DNA from: Candidatus Latescibacterota bacterium
Lineage (GTDB): Bacteria; Latescibacterota; UBA2968; UBA8231
Direction: 5' to 3'
NCBI GenBank assembly: GCA_965261395.1
Contig: OZ253462.1
Location: forward strand, 448,001 to 512,000
DNA: 64,000 nucleotides
Translations under genes and position numbers: made by a program
Part shown: piece after piece, positions 1 through 9,878 of the stretch
Layout of the letters: every line of letters begins with the position of its first letter
How positions within the stretch are numbered: the stretch's first letter is position 1
The notes under the pieces: model-generated
Told to the model about the DNA's origin: nothing
What the model saw: only the letters and a program-made list of their open reading frames with translations
Database searches by the model: none

Positions 1-1
1 G

Positions 2-139
2 CTGTTCAGCGAGACCAGGAGCCGCGGGAGTCACTCCGCGACGTGGGATGCCTCGGACCGGGCTTCGGGCGTCTACCTGTGCAGGCTGACAGGGGCTGAC
101 CAAGTCTCGCGGATGCAGAAGATGGTCCTGATCAAATGA
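2..139 (+). CDS. 3' end of a secreted protein with FlgD-Ig/T9SS-type C-terminal sorting domain (partial)
   Basis: Own translation of frame +2: LFSETRSRGSHSATWDASDRASGVYLCRLTGADQVSRMQKMVLIK*; the G.H...WD....ASGVY..RL......KMVLIK pattern is typical of this domain. Confidence 0.75.
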   Translation: MFSETRSRGSHSATWDASDRASGVYLCRLTGADQVSRMQKMVLIK

Positions 140-163
140 GTGGTTCCTGTTTCGCGAGAGTGC

Positions 164-1315
164 TTATGGCCACAGAGCATCGGCGGCCAACAGGTTGGAA
201 AACTGCGAAAATGGCAGAATCTCAATGCCATCTACTGTTTGCAATTCAGGCCCTTCGGGATAGACGACAATGCGTCGGCACAAACCTTCTAAGTCGGCCA
301 GCACTCTCAACCCTTTGCACCAAGATTCGGCAAAGGTGCCGCCGGACTTGACCTCAATTGCGACAAATTCTCCCCCGCGTTTGAGCAGGAAATCGACCTC
401 AGTTTGGGTTTGCGCAACAGTTGCCCAATAGAAGCATTCATCGCACAGATTGCGATAGTCTGTGTACGATCGAATCAACTGTGCAATCAGCCCTTCAAAT
501 AGGGCACCGCGTTCCTCTGGTGTTGGCGGCGTCGTGACCTTTTTCATGGCTCGCACAATACCGGGATCGCACCAATACCATTTGGGCAATTTGCGTTCGC
601 GCACCCGCAATCGGGTCTCATAGGCAGGAAGTTGAAAACAGAGAAGCGTTTCCTCTAGGATCTCCAGATAACCCGTCACCGTCGTGCGGGCAACTTGAGC
701 TTCTCTGGCAACGTTAGTCACGTTCAGGGTCTGCCCGTGAAAGAGCGCCGCAACGGGCAGAAAGCGCGCGAATCCCGGCAGGTTGCGCACTAGGGCCTCG
801 GCTTGAATCTCTTCTTTGAGATACATCTGTGTATAGGCAATGAGTGTCTCTGCTTTGTCCTCTGAATCCCATACAATGGGCAACAAACCGTGTTGCAATG
901 CGTCGTCGAGCGCGAATCGCTCTCCCAACTCCTCGGGAATAAAGGGGTGCATCGCGCGATACAGGGCGCGCCCTGCGAGCAGGTTGACACCTGCCTGTTT
1001 GAGTTTTCTCGCACTGGACCCGCACAAAACAAAGCGTAGCCCTTTTTCTTCGATAAAACGGTGTACTTCATTGAGCAGCGCCGGCAATCTCTGCATTTCG
1101 TCTAAAACCACCCAGCGGTCGCCGGGCACAGCCCGCAGTTCGGCAGCTAGGAGCCCTGGATTTGCAAGCAGGCGTTGGTACGTATCCTCGGCGAGCAAAT
1201 TGATGACGTGCGCAGCGGGAAAAGCGATTCGCAAATAGGTGCTTTTTCCAACGCCGCGCGGTCCTAAGAGAAAGAAGCTTTTTTTGGGCGCTTCAAATAT
1301 ACGCGGAATCGTCAT
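164..1315 (-). CDS. AAA_14 family ATPase with DUF4143 and C-terminal PD-(D/E)XK-like domain
   Basis: Walker A GPRGVGKST, Walker B VVLDEMQR, GSSAR...LAGR motif, C-terminal EVDFLL...IEVKSG. Confidence 0.9.
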   Translation of the reverse strand: MTIPRIFEAPKKSFFLLGPRGVGKSTYLRIAFPAAHVINLLAEDTYQRLLANPGLLAAELRAVPGDRWVVLDEMQRLPALLNEVHRFIEEKGLRFVLCGSSARKLKQAGVNLLAGRALYRAMHPFIPEELGERFALDDALQHGLLPIVWDSEDKAETLIAYTQMYLKEEIQAEALVRNLPGFARFLPVAALFHGQTLNVTNVAREAQVARTTVTGYLEILEETLLCFQLPAYETRLRVRERKLPKWYWCDPGIVRAMKKVTTPPTPEERGALFEGLIAQLIRSYTDYRNLCDECFYWATVAQTQTEVDFLLKRGGEFVAIEVKSGGTFAESWCKGLRVLADLEGLCRRIVVYPEGPELQTVDGIEILPFSQFSNLLAADALWP

Positions 1316-1320
1316 TTGAC

Positions 1321-1361
1321 TATGTTGTCGTCATTTTTCACAACAATTTGACGACAACATA
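1321..1361. promoter_or_regulatory. Perfect 13-bp inverted repeat (candidate operator) over the ATPase promoter
   Basis: TATGTTGTCGTCA (1321-1333), 15-bp spacer, TGACGACAACATA (1349-1361); minus-strand TTGACA at 1383-1378. Confidence 0.6.
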
Positions 1362-1428
1362 TACACTTTTCACAGACTGTCAAGCCGTGGCCTCGACCGA
1401 CAACGGCGATCGCGCGGCTCGGTTTCCT

Positions 1429-1881
1429 TTATTTGACGTCGATCTCTTCCAGCCGCGAGAGGCGCTGATCCATATTGTCGAGGACGGGCTTGGGGTCGTC
1501 GATGAACATCCGGGGAGAGCGTAGCCGACGGAGCCGGATTTGGTGATGACGCTCCAAGGTCCTGAGGCTTTTTTCCAATTCTTGGAGGGCTTGATGCGTC
1601 TCAAAGTGGAGTCGTCTGGGACGGCGTACCCGCAGGGCCGGCTGACCGGTACGCTTGTAGAGCCGGCGCAGCCGATCGGCTAGTTGTTCCAGCCGATCGC
1701 GATTCTTTTCTTCCATCCATCCGAGATACAGGGCGGGAAACAGGGCGAGAAAAAAGGCGGGAAACGGGACGAAATAGGCTGGTATCTCTACTCTCCATCC
1801 GAGATACGGACCCAAAAAAGGAAAGGAAAGAATCAGGAAAAAATCTATGAAGAAAAAAAATAAAGCGCAGGCTAGTACCAT
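1429..1881 (-). CDS. Hypothetical membrane protein (two N-terminal hydrophobic segments, basic coiled C-terminus)
   Basis: 150-aa ORF with Phe-rich hydrophobic stretches; no family motif recognised. Confidence 0.5.
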   Translation of the reverse strand: MVLACALFFFFIDFFLILSFPFLGPYLGWRVEIPAYFVPFPAFFLALFPALYLGWMEEKNRDRLEQLADRLRRLYKRTGQPALRVRRPRRLHFETHQALQELEKSLRTLERHHQIRLRRLRSPRMFIDDPKPVLDNMDQRLSRLEEIDVK

Positions 1882-1920
1882 AATAATCCCCTATGGTCAG
1901 GTCTCGTTCATCCGTCGCAG

Positions 1921-2103
1921 CTACTGTACGCTATCCTTCTCTTCGGCGCGGGGCACTTCCTCGCTGCGAATAAAACCATTGCAAAGGGTACAATGCAAGA
2001 CTCGCAGGGCTAGTTCCTTCCCTTTGGGCGTCCGGCGCGGGGGCTCAAGGACAATGTGCGTATTGGTGACGCGGCGGCAGTGGGGGCAATAGGTAGTGGA
2101 CAT
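1921..2103 (-). CDS. Small zinc-ribbon protein (60 aa)
   Basis: MSTTYCPHCRR...LHCTLCNG has two CxxC pairs; GGAGGA upstream of the ATG at 2103. Confidence 0.6.
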   Translation of the reverse strand: MSTTYCPHCRRVTNTHIVLEPPRRTPKGKELALRVLHCTLCNGFIRSEEVPRAEEKDSVQ

Positions 2104-2274
2104 GGACAGTCCTCCGCAAAAGTTGCCAATGGGACTATGTACAACCTGCGAAAAATAACCCCCAGCCCGAAGAGACAACAGCGAATCGCGAGGCTTCGCG
2201 TTGGGCGCTAGCAATTTTTCTTACAATTAATGAACTAGTATTTTAGCTGGTCTCATCCAATAGGACAGATCTCC

Positions 2275-3420
2275 ATGCGAGAAAAGCGAGAAGCCAAATA
2301 CCGGGTCGGCGTCATTGGCTGCGGGCGGGCCAGCACCAGCCGGGCCCGGGCCTTTGATGTGCACCCCTTGTGTAAGGTGGTGGCCATTGCCGATACGGAT
2401 ACAGAAAATCTGGCGCTGGGTTGCCACCGCTTCGGGGTGCCCGGCTACGACACCTACGAGGAGATGTTGGCACGCGAGTCGATCGATATCGCCATGCCAG
2501 TGCTGCCGGTGGGAGCCAACGCCGGAGCAGTGGTGGCCGCGGCCCAAGCCGGGGTCAAGGCCATCTTTTGCGAAAAACCGCTAACAGCCCGGCTGTCCGC
2601 AGCCGACCGCATGGTGGAGAGCTGCCAGCGGCGGGGCGTGTATCTGGCCTCGGGCGTCATGGTGTCGAGCCATCCAGACTACCGCCGGGCCTACGAGTTG
2701 GCCGCGGGGGGGGCGATTGGCCAAGTGCAGCGCATCAATCTGTACGACGGCAACGGCCAGGGTGGCTGCCACGGTTTGAACTTGGCGCGCAAGTTCGCCG
2801 CCAGGGCACCGGCGGAGTGGGTCGTCGGCCGGGTCGGGGGCGATCCCCACAGCGATCACGAGGAACCCTACGAGGAAGGAGCCACTGGGTTCGGCGGCGT
2901 GGGCGGGTACATTCGCTTTGGCAATGGCATAGAGTGCTTCAGCAGCTTCCCGGGCCCGACCTGGCGCGGCCTCGAGGTGGTGGGCAGCGAGGGACTGATC
3001 TGCAATTGGAACAATACGGCCCTCGGTTTGTGCCTGTTCAAGCACAGCGGTCGAGGGGGCCCTTTGGTCGAAGTGGAAGGGGTGTTCGAGCAATACACCG
3101 AGGAGGAGAGGGGGTACGACGACGAGGGCTGGCAGGATCCCGGGCCGGTAATGCGGGCCATTGTCGAGGATATCGTCCACGTCCTAGAAGAAGGCGGAGA
3201 CTTGGCAATCACCAGCGGCGACGATTTGCGCCATGCCTTGGAGTTGGCCGTGGCCCTGCGCCAATCGCACCGGCAGGGCGGCGCCCGGGTGTCCCTGCCC
3301 TTGGCGGATCGCTCCCTGGTGATGTACCCGGAAAAGATGCGCTGGAACTACAAGAAAGACCTCATGGGTCGAGCCGCCTATATGGCGCAGATGGCGCGCC
3401 AGGTCGAGGAGGGCACCTGA
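2275..3420 (+). CDS. Gfo/Idh/MocA family oxidoreductase
   Basis: VGVIGCGR Rossmann motif, IFCEKPL motif. Confidence 0.9.
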   Translation: MREKREAKYRVGVIGCGRASTSRARAFDVHPLCKVVAIADTDTENLALGCHRFGVPGYDTYEEMLARESIDIAMPVLPVGANAGAVVAAAQAGVKAIFCEKPLTARLSAADRMVESCQRRGVYLASGVMVSSHPDYRRAYELAAGGAIGQVQRINLYDGNGQGGCHGLNLARKFAARAPAEWVVGRVGGDPHSDHEEPYEEGATGFGGVGGYIRFGNGIECFSSFPGPTWRGLEVVGSEGLICNWNNTALGLCLFKHSGRGGPLVEVEGVFEQYTEEERGYDDEGWQDPGPVMRAIVEDIVHVLEEGGDLAITSGDDLRHALELAVALRQSHRQGGARVSLPLADRSLVMYPEKMRWNYKKDLMGRAAYMAQMARQVEEGT

Positions 3421-3497
3421 GAAGCTTTCTACCACCGCTACCTCGTGGGAGGACGCAAAATCAACGTGGAATACCGCGGCGTCCAAAGGTGCTCCAA

Positions 3498-4658
3498 TCA
3501 GTAGTCCCGCAGAGCGCCGTCGGGCCCAATCACCGGCGACCGGGTATAAGGCACAGGCGGGTAGTGCGGGAACGCTTCGTCGTTCAGTTCAATTCCAATA
3601 CCGGGAGTCTGCGGCACAATCAGAAAACCGCCCTCGCGTCGCAGTGGCATCTCGACCAGATCCCGTTTCGGGGCATCGTACTCGTCCCGGGGGTACTCCT
3701 GGATGGCGACGTTGTGGATGGCGGCGTCGAGTTGCACGCACGCTGCGGTCAAAACGCAACTCAGCGGGTTGTGCGGGGCGACTCCCACGTAGCTTGCTTC
3801 GGCCAGCGCCGCGATCTTTTTGCAATTAGTGATTCCACCGGCGAGCGACAGGTCCGGCCGGATGTACGAAGCCCCCTTGTGGGCCAGCAACTCGCGGAAC
3901 TGGTAGGTGGTGTAGAGCCGCTCGCCCATGGCCACGGGCACCGGCATATTTGCCGCGACATAGCCCCACGCGTCCATGTTCTCGGGCTCGATAGGGTCCT
4001 CGAAAAAAAACAGGCCATAGGGCTCAAGCGCCTTGGCCACCTCGATGGCCTCCGGCGGCGTGAGGCGGTTGACCACATCGACCATGAGATCGATCTCGTC
4101 ACCCACGGCGTCGCGGACCGCTTGCAAGGTAGCCGCGGCGTGCTTAGCCATGCCGCGGAACGACAGTTGTTCTAGGCTCGTGCCCTCGCCGGCCACAAAG
4201 GCGCCGAACGGATAGAGGCGCAGGGCCGTGTAGCCAGCCTCGACCACGCGCCGGGCGTCTGCGGCCAACTCCGCCGGGGAGTCGCCCTGCAGATGGGAGT
4301 ACACGCGCACGCGCTCCCGCGTGGGACCGCCCAGCAGCGAATGGACGGGTAGCTCGGCTACCTTGCCCTTGATGTCCCATAGCGCGATGTCGATTGCACC
4401 GATCGCGGCCATGGTGTCTGCGCCGCCGCGAAACACGCAGCGGCGGAACATGTGCTGCCAGTTGCGCTCAATGTGGAGGGGATCCTTGCCGATTAGGTAC
4501 TCGGCGCAGTAATCCACCGCCGCAATGGGCGCAAACGGCGTGCCGCTAGTGCCGCTTGCGGGGTGCAACTCGCCGACACCCGCTATGCCCTCGTCGGTGT
4601 GCACCCGCACGTAGATAAAGCGGCTGGCCCGCAGGGTCTCGATCTTTGTGACTTTCAT
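3498..4658 (-). CDS. Mandelate racemase/galactonate dehydratase-like enolase-superfamily enzyme
   Basis: AIDIALWDIKGK, FFEDP, MGERL, RPD...GGIT, APHNP. Confidence 0.9.
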   Translation of the reverse strand: MKVTKIETLRASRFIYVRVHTDEGIAGVGELHPASGTSGTPFAPIAAVDYCAEYLIGKDPLHIERNWQHMFRRCVFRGGADTMAAIGAIDIALWDIKGKVAELPVHSLLGGPTRERVRVYSHLQGDSPAELAADARRVVEAGYTALRLYPFGAFVAGEGTSLEQLSFRGMAKHAAATLQAVRDAVGDEIDLMVDVVNRLTPPEAIEVAKALEPYGLFFFEDPIEPENMDAWGYVAANMPVPVAMGERLYTTYQFRELLAHKGASYIRPDLSLAGGITNCKKIAALAEASYVGVAPHNPLSCVLTAACVQLDAAIHNVAIQEYPRDEYDAPKRDLVEMPLRREGGFLIVPQTPGIGIELNDEAFPHYPPVPYTRSPVIGPDGALRDY

Positions 4659-5731
4659 ACCGCTATGCCTCCCTCGCGTCCCTGCAACGCCCCGCTTCCC
4701 ACCATCGCTATCTCCAGTGCCCTCAGCCCATCGCGGTGATCAACGGCAAAGGGCGCTCCAGCGCGACACTGGTCGATATAGTGAACCACCTCGGCCTTGT
4801 ACGCCGGCCCGAAGCGCTCGATAAAAAACGGCACTTCCGCTCCGTAATCGCGCAGGGCGAATTCCCGCCGCTCGATTAAGCCCCGCCGCCCAAACGCCTC
4901 GGTTTTCACTATAAGCGGGTCGGCACCAAAGGCCCCCACATGCACCAACCCCTCCGTCCCGTAAACCCACGTCTCGTTGCGATACCCAGCCACGTGGTTG
5001 CGGCTCACCGTCACTTGGCCAATCAAATTCTCGGGAAAGTACATCTGCAAGAGCGCGTCGTCGAAATCCTCTTTGACGTCCGTGTGCTGCTGGTTGTAAA
5101 GCAGGCTGCCAAAGCCAGCCAGCCGCTCGGGCTGCTGTCCGCCGAGCCAGAGGATCTCGTCGATATTATGAACCGCCATATCCGAAAGTATGCCGGAGCT
5201 ATTGTACCCGTCGGGCGGCGGCACTGGATCTTCAAGAATCGAGACAATCTTGAACGGCGCGCCGATAGCGCCTCGATCCAACAGGGCTTTGGCCCACAAC
5301 AGCGGCGCGTCGAAGCGGCGCATAAAAGCCTGCATCAGCGCCGTGCGGCGAAAGGCGTCGGCGTCTAGATAGGCGGCAAACTCCCGCGCGGTGGCCAGCG
5401 AGTACGTCAGCGGCTTTTCCATCAAGACGCGCCAGCCCGCGTCGATCAAGGTCTGGGCATCGCGGTAGTGGTTTTCAGTGCGCGAGGCAATGAACGCGCC
5501 GTCGGCTGCATTAGCTGCAACTAGTTCCTCTACGTCTTTGCAGACGCCAATCGCCGTTTCTTGGCCTGTCTGTAGCTGAGCCGCGACCTCGGCGGCCAAG
5601 TCGCCGTAGCCGTCCACTACGGCGGTCAACGCGCAATCGCCCCGCTCGTTGGCCAGCTCTTGGACGTGGCGGGCGTGAAATGCGCCAATCCGGCCGACGC
5701 CTACGGCCGCTATTCTAAAGAGATTGTTCAT
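4655..5731 (-). CDS. Gfo/Idh/MocA oxidoreductase (inositol 2-dehydrogenase-like)
   Basis: VGVGRIG, LMEKPL, FMRRFD, DMAVHNID; start placed at the ATG overlapping the mtnP stop. Confidence 0.88.
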   Translation of the reverse strand: MNNLFRIAAVGVGRIGAFHARHVQELANERGDCALTAVVDGYGDLAAEVAAQLQTGQETAIGVCKDVEELVAANAADGAFIASRTENHYRDAQTLIDAGWRVLMEKPLTYSLATAREFAAYLDADAFRRTALMQAFMRRFDAPLLWAKALLDRGAIGAPFKIVSILEDPVPPPDGYNSSGILSDMAVHNIDEILWLGGQQPERLAGFGSLLYNQQHTDVKEDFDDALLQMYFPENLIGQVTVSRNHVAGYRNETWVYGTEGLVHVGAFGADPLIVKTEAFGRRGLIERREFALRDYGAEVPFFIERFGPAYKAEVVHYIDQCRAGAPFAVDHRDGLRALEIAMVGSGALQGREGGIAV

Positions 5732-6603
5732 CAGTCTAGATACTTCCCATAGAGCACCCTGAGCCGCTCCTTCGCCTCTAAGGGAATCACCGCTGGGTCG
5801 GTGATGATGGCGCGTTCGGCGGCGCGCAGACAAGGGCAAGCGGATTCAGCCGACAGGCGCGTGGCAACCTCGGAAACGATCTGCTTAGCCAAGGCGCTGT
5901 TGGCCTTCAGCACCGCTAGCACTTGCTCGACGGTCACGTCTTCTTCCTCCTCGTGCCAGCAGTCGTAGTCCGTGCCCGTCGCCAGCAGTGCGTAGCACAT
6001 TTCCGCCTCGCGCGCCAGCTTGGCCTCGGGCAGAGCGGTCATGCCGATCACGGCCGCGTCCACAGCGTTGCGGTAGAAATGCGACTCGGCGCGGGTGGAA
6101 AAGGCCGGTCCCTCCATGCAGAGGTACGTGCCCCCCTCGTGGACGTTGGCACCCGCCGCCTGGGCCGCAGCCATGACTACGCCCCGCAACGTCTCGCAGA
6201 ATGGGTCGGCAAACATCACATGTCCGGCGATCCCGTCGCCGAAGAACGTCGATGGGCGTTGGCCGCGCGTGCGGTCGAAAATTTGGTCGGGCACGATCAT
6301 GTCCCCAGGCCGGATCGCTTCCTGCATGATGCCGCAGGCGCTGATGGCCAAAACGTGGTTCACACCAAGTTGCTTGAGCGCGTGGATATTGGCGCGTGCG
6401 GGCACTTCGGCTGGCAGCAGCCGGTGCCCCCGGCCATGTCGCGGCAGAAAATGCACCGTGCGGTCGCCAATTCGCGCCTCGACGATGGCGTCCGAGGGCG
6501 CGCCAAAGGGCGTGTCTAGCCGGTGCTCGGCGACCGTTTCGACCCCTTCTATATGGTACAACCCCGACCCGCCGATGACGCCCAAGACTACGGATTGACT
6601 CAT
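5731..6603 (-). CDS. mtnP: S-methyl-5'-thioadenosine phosphorylase
   Basis: GVIGGSGLY, TPFGAPSD, LPRHGRGH, EGPAFSTRAES, GMTALPEAKLAREAE, TDYDCWH; GGAGGA RBS. Confidence 0.93.
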   Translation of the reverse strand: MSQSVVLGVIGGSGLYHIEGVETVAEHRLDTPFGAPSDAIVEARIGDRTVHFLPRHGRGHRLLPAEVPARANIHALKQLGVNHVLAISACGIMQEAIRPGDMIVPDQIFDRTRGQRPSTFFGDGIAGHVMFADPFCETLRGVVMAAAQAAGANVHEGGTYLCMEGPAFSTRAESHFYRNAVDAAVIGMTALPEAKLAREAEMCYALLATGTDYDCWHEEEEDVTVEQVLAVLKANSALAKQIVSEVATRLSAESACPCLRAAERAIITDPAVIPLEAKERLRVLYGKYLD

Positions 6604-6694
6604 CATCATCTCCTCCTGTGAGAATGCAAGTGCCTGATATAGTAATGCGGCATGATTTGAACGATTCGAGCGGTGGATCGTCTTGTGCATCCTA

Positions 6695-6724
6695 TTCTGC
6701 GTCTATCTGCGTCCATCTGCGGAT
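6695..6724. repeat. 10-bp-period TCTGCGTYCA intergenic repeat (copy 1)
   Basis: TTCTGCGTCTATCTGCGTCCATCTGCGGAT; similar copy at 43106-43134. Confidence 0.6.
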
Positions 6725-6772
6725 CACCTTGTAAATGATGTAGGATTGCTATAGCACCCTATATTATACACC

Positions 6773-9148
6773 ATGCCCCCGCGCCTGCTCAAAACCTCGG
6801 TCCGCGAACTTATCGGCTTCGTGCTGCGCTCCGGCGACCTAGTCTCCGGCGGCTTTTCCCGCCCCGACCGCCTAGTGGAAGGCACGCGCGGTCACCAGCA
6901 AGTCCAGCGCGCCCGCCCCGCCGACTATCAGGCGGAAGTGCCCATCTCCTACCTAGTCGAGACCGACGAGATCACCCTCGAAATAAGCGGCCGCATCGAC
7001 GGCCTGCTCGTCGCAGACGACGCCGTGCTCATCGAGGAAATCAAGACTACCGAGGCCGACCTCGAAGAGGTCCCCGAAAACCCAGCGCACTGGGCCCAGG
7101 CCAAGCTCTACGCCTTTATGGTCGCCGAGCAAAGTGGCCTCGACGCCATCGACATCCAGCTAACCTACCTTCAGTTGGATACCTATGAGCGCCGCGAGGA
7201 TCGCCGCACCTTTGCGTGCGACGAACTGGCGGCGTTTTGCTCCGATCTCATCGAGCGCTACCTACATTGGGCGCGAATCTATCACCAGTGGTGTGCCGAG
7301 CGCGATCTTTCGCTCGAGGCACTCAAATTCCCCTTTGCCGAGTACCGGCCCGGCCAGCGCGATCTGGCCGTGGTCGCCTACCGCACCATCGACGGCCGCG
7401 GGCGGGCTTTTGCCCAAGCACCCACCGGCATCGGCAAGACCATCTCGACCCTGTTCCCGGCCGCCAAGGCCCTCGGCTTGGGCCATGCCGAAAAAATCTT
7501 CTACCTGACGGCCAAGACCAGCGGACGCAGGATCGCCGAAAAGGCCCTTGACGACCTGCGCGGGGGAGGCGCGCGCCTCAAGAGCCTGACGCTGACGGCC
7601 CGCGACAAGATCTGCTTCAAACCCAACGGCGGCAGCACCTGCGATCCCGATCAATGCGAGTTCGCCCGTGGCTACTACGACCGCATCAACGACGCGCTTG
7701 AAGACATCTTCACCCACGATGCCTTCACCCGCACTCTCGTCGAGGAATGCGCCCAAAAGCACCGCGTCTGTCCCTTTGAGTTCTCGCTCGATCTCGCGCC
7801 GTGGACCGACGTCATCATCTGCGACTACAACTACGTCTTCGATCCGCGCGCCTTCCTCAAGCGCTTCTTCCAAGACGTCAGCGGGCAATACGCCTTCCTC
7901 ATTGACGAGGCCCACAATCTCGTCGATCGGGCGCGCGAAATGTTCTCGGCCGATCTGTGCAAGTCCGAGATCTCTGGGCTCAAGCGCTTAGTCGGCAAGA
8001 CGCATCCCGACTTGGGCAAGCAACTCGACGCCCTCAACCGCTACTTTGCCAAGCTCGGCAAGAAGGTCGAGCAGGAAGGCGACGGCGAGTGCTGGATCAG
8101 CCCGCAACTATCGACGGATCTGATGGCGCTGGTCCACAACGTCCTCCGCGCCGCTGAGAAGGTCCTAGAGCAAGGCGCTGCCTTGCCCTTTTGGGATGAA
8201 TTGATCGAGTGCTACTTCCGGGCACTGGGCTTTGAGCGCATCGGCGAGCTTTTCGACGAACACTACACCACGTACACCGAAAAACAGGGTCGGGATATTC
8301 GCTTCCGGCTGTTCTGTCTCGACCCAGCGCCCAATATCCGCCAAGCCCTAGGGCGCGGCTGCGCGGCTGTATTCTTCTCGGCCACGCTCTCGCCGCTGGC
8401 GTACTTCCGCGACCTGCTCGGTGGCGAGGAAGGGGATACCTTGTTGAGCCTTGGCTCGCCTTTCCCGCCCGAACACCTGCGCCTGCTGCTGGCCGACCAC
8501 ATTGAGACGACGTACAAAAAGCGCGGCGAGAGCTACGACGACATCGCCGAGTCCATCGCCGCCCTCGTCAGCCAGCGCGCGGGCAATTACCTCGCCTTTT
8601 TCCCTTCGTACAAATACATGGAGGAAGTGGCCTCGCGCTTTGCCGAGGCGCACCCGAGCATCGACCTCCTCGTCCAAGAAAGCGGCATGTCCGACCGCCA
8701 GCGCGAGGCATTCCTCTCCGTCTTCGACGCGGAGCCATTGCAGCCCGCGCAGCACATAGTGGGTTTCGCGGTGATGGGCGGCGTCTTTGGCGAGGGGATC
8801 GATTTAGTCGGCGAGCGCTTGGTTGGTGCAGTGGTCGTCGGCGTTGGGCTGCCGCAACTGTGCTTGGAGCGCGACCTGATCCGCCACTATTTCGACGAGC
8901 GCGAGATTCCCGGCTTTGCGTACGCCTACGTCTATCCGGGCATGAACCGCGTGTTGCAGGCCGCCGGTCGCGTCATCCGCACCGCAGCCGACCGCGGCGC
9001 GATCCTTCTCGTCGATCGCCGCTTTGCTCAAAGCCGCTACCGCCAGCTCTTCCCCTCCTCTTGGCACCCGGTGCATTCCGTGCGCAACCCCGCCCATATC
9101 GCCCAGTCGCTGGCCGAGTTTTGGCACCATGACCCTACGCACACTTAG
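6773..9148 (+). CDS. DinG/XPD-family Fe-S DNA helicase with N-terminal PD-(D/E)XK (Cas4/AddB-like) nuclease domain
   Basis: GRIDG...IEEIKTT nuclease motif; Walker A APTGIGKT; Fe-S cysteines (KICF, TCDPDQC, CPFE); DEAHN; SATL; EGID; QAAGRVIR. Confidence 0.9.
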   Translation: MPPRLLKTSVRELIGFVLRSGDLVSGGFSRPDRLVEGTRGHQQVQRARPADYQAEVPISYLVETDEITLEISGRIDGLLVADDAVLIEEIKTTEADLEEVPENPAHWAQAKLYAFMVAEQSGLDAIDIQLTYLQLDTYERREDRRTFACDELAAFCSDLIERYLHWARIYHQWCAERDLSLEALKFPFAEYRPGQRDLAVVAYRTIDGRGRAFAQAPTGIGKTISTLFPAAKALGLGHAEKIFYLTAKTSGRRIAEKALDDLRGGGARLKSLTLTARDKICFKPNGGSTCDPDQCEFARGYYDRINDALEDIFTHDAFTRTLVEECAQKHRVCPFEFSLDLAPWTDVIICDYNYVFDPRAFLKRFFQDVSGQYAFLIDEAHNLVDRAREMFSADLCKSEISGLKRLVGKTHPDLGKQLDALNRYFAKLGKKVEQEGDGECWISPQLSTDLMALVHNVLRAAEKVLEQGAALPFWDELIECYFRALGFERIGELFDEHYTTYTEKQGRDIRFRLFCLDPAPNIRQALGRGCAAVFFSATLSPLAYFRDLLGGEEGDTLLSLGSPFPPEHLRLLLADHIETTYKKRGESYDDIAESIAALVSQRAGNYLAFFPSYKYMEEVASRFAEAHPSIDLLVQESGMSDRQREAFLSVFDAEPLQPAQHIVGFAVMGGVFGEGIDLVGERLVGAVVVGVGLPQLCLERDLIRHYFDEREIPGFAYAYVYPGMNRVLQAAGRVIRTAADRGAILLVDRRFAQSRYRQLFPSSWHPVHSVRNPAHIAQSLAEFWHHDPTHT

Positions 9149-9878
9149 CATCTTATTATTCTTGCTCTGTCCCGCGCTAGCAGCGGCCCAAAGCGTGTTC
9201 GCCGCCGCTAGCCTAAGCTCCGCACTCGCAGAGCTAACCACCCACTACGAGGGGATGCGCCTGTCCGTTGCCAGTTCTTCGACCTTGGCCAAACAAATTG
9301 CCGCAGGTGCGCCAGCCGACATTTATTTTTCCGCCAATGCCGAGTGGATGGACTATCTCCAAGCGCACCAGCACATTGAGCAAGACACCCGCGTCGATCT
9401 CCTCGGCAACACCCTCGTGGTCATTGCATCCAAGGAAGGGCCTTTCGCCGTCCGCTTGGCTAGGGACTTCAACTTTGCCGGTGCTTTCGCTGGCCGCTTG
9501 GCCCTCGGCGACCCCGATCACGTACCGGCCGGCCAGTACGCCCGCCAAACCCTAGAGCAATTGGGCTGGTGGCCGGCGCTCAAAAGCCGCATTGCACCCG
9601 CGCCCGATGTCCGCGCCGCCCTAGTGTACGTCGAGCGCGGCGAGTGCGCCGCGGGCTTGGTGTACGCCACCGATGCGGCCCAAAGCGACCGCGTGATAAC
9701 CCTAGCGACGGTGCCCGACTCACTGCACCGCCCCATCGTCTATCCAGCGGCCATCGTCAAAGACCGCACCAGCGCGCAGGTCCGCAGCCTGCTGGCGTTC
9801 TTTGGCTCGGACACGGCCGCCGGTATCTTCCGCAAACACGGCTTTACCTTTTTGGGCGACCAAGGTGTTCAGCGCTGA
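9129..9878 (+). CDS. modA: Molybdate ABC transporter substrate-binding protein
   Basis: Signal peptide, VFAAASL, SSSTLAKQI, GAPAD..SAN, HVPAGQYA, VYATDA. Confidence 0.92.
   Translation: MTLRTLSILLFLLCPALAAAQSVFAAASLSSALAELTTHYEGMRLSVASSSTLAKQIAAGAPADIYFSANAEWMDYLQAHQHIEQDTRVDLLGNTLVVIASKEGPFAVRLARDFNFAGAFAGRLALGDPDHVPAGQYARQTLEQLGWWPALKSRIAPAPDVRAALVYVERGECAAGLVYATDAAQSDRVITLATVPDSLHRPIVYPAAIVKDRTSAQVRSLLAFFGSDTAAGIFRKHGFTFLGDQGVQR

Noticed and set aside
2226-2242. GAACTAGTA resembling a TrpR operator
   Set aside because: Half-site only, and CTAG is common in this genome.
2421-4175. 584-aa plus-strand ORF
   Set aside because: Arg/Gly-rich shadow frame overlapping two well-supported genes; typical of GC-rich DNA.
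6773-7300. Cas4-like domain as evidence of CRISPR-Cas
   Set aside because: It is fused to a DinG/XPD helicase; no cas genes or repeat-spacer array were seen in the window.
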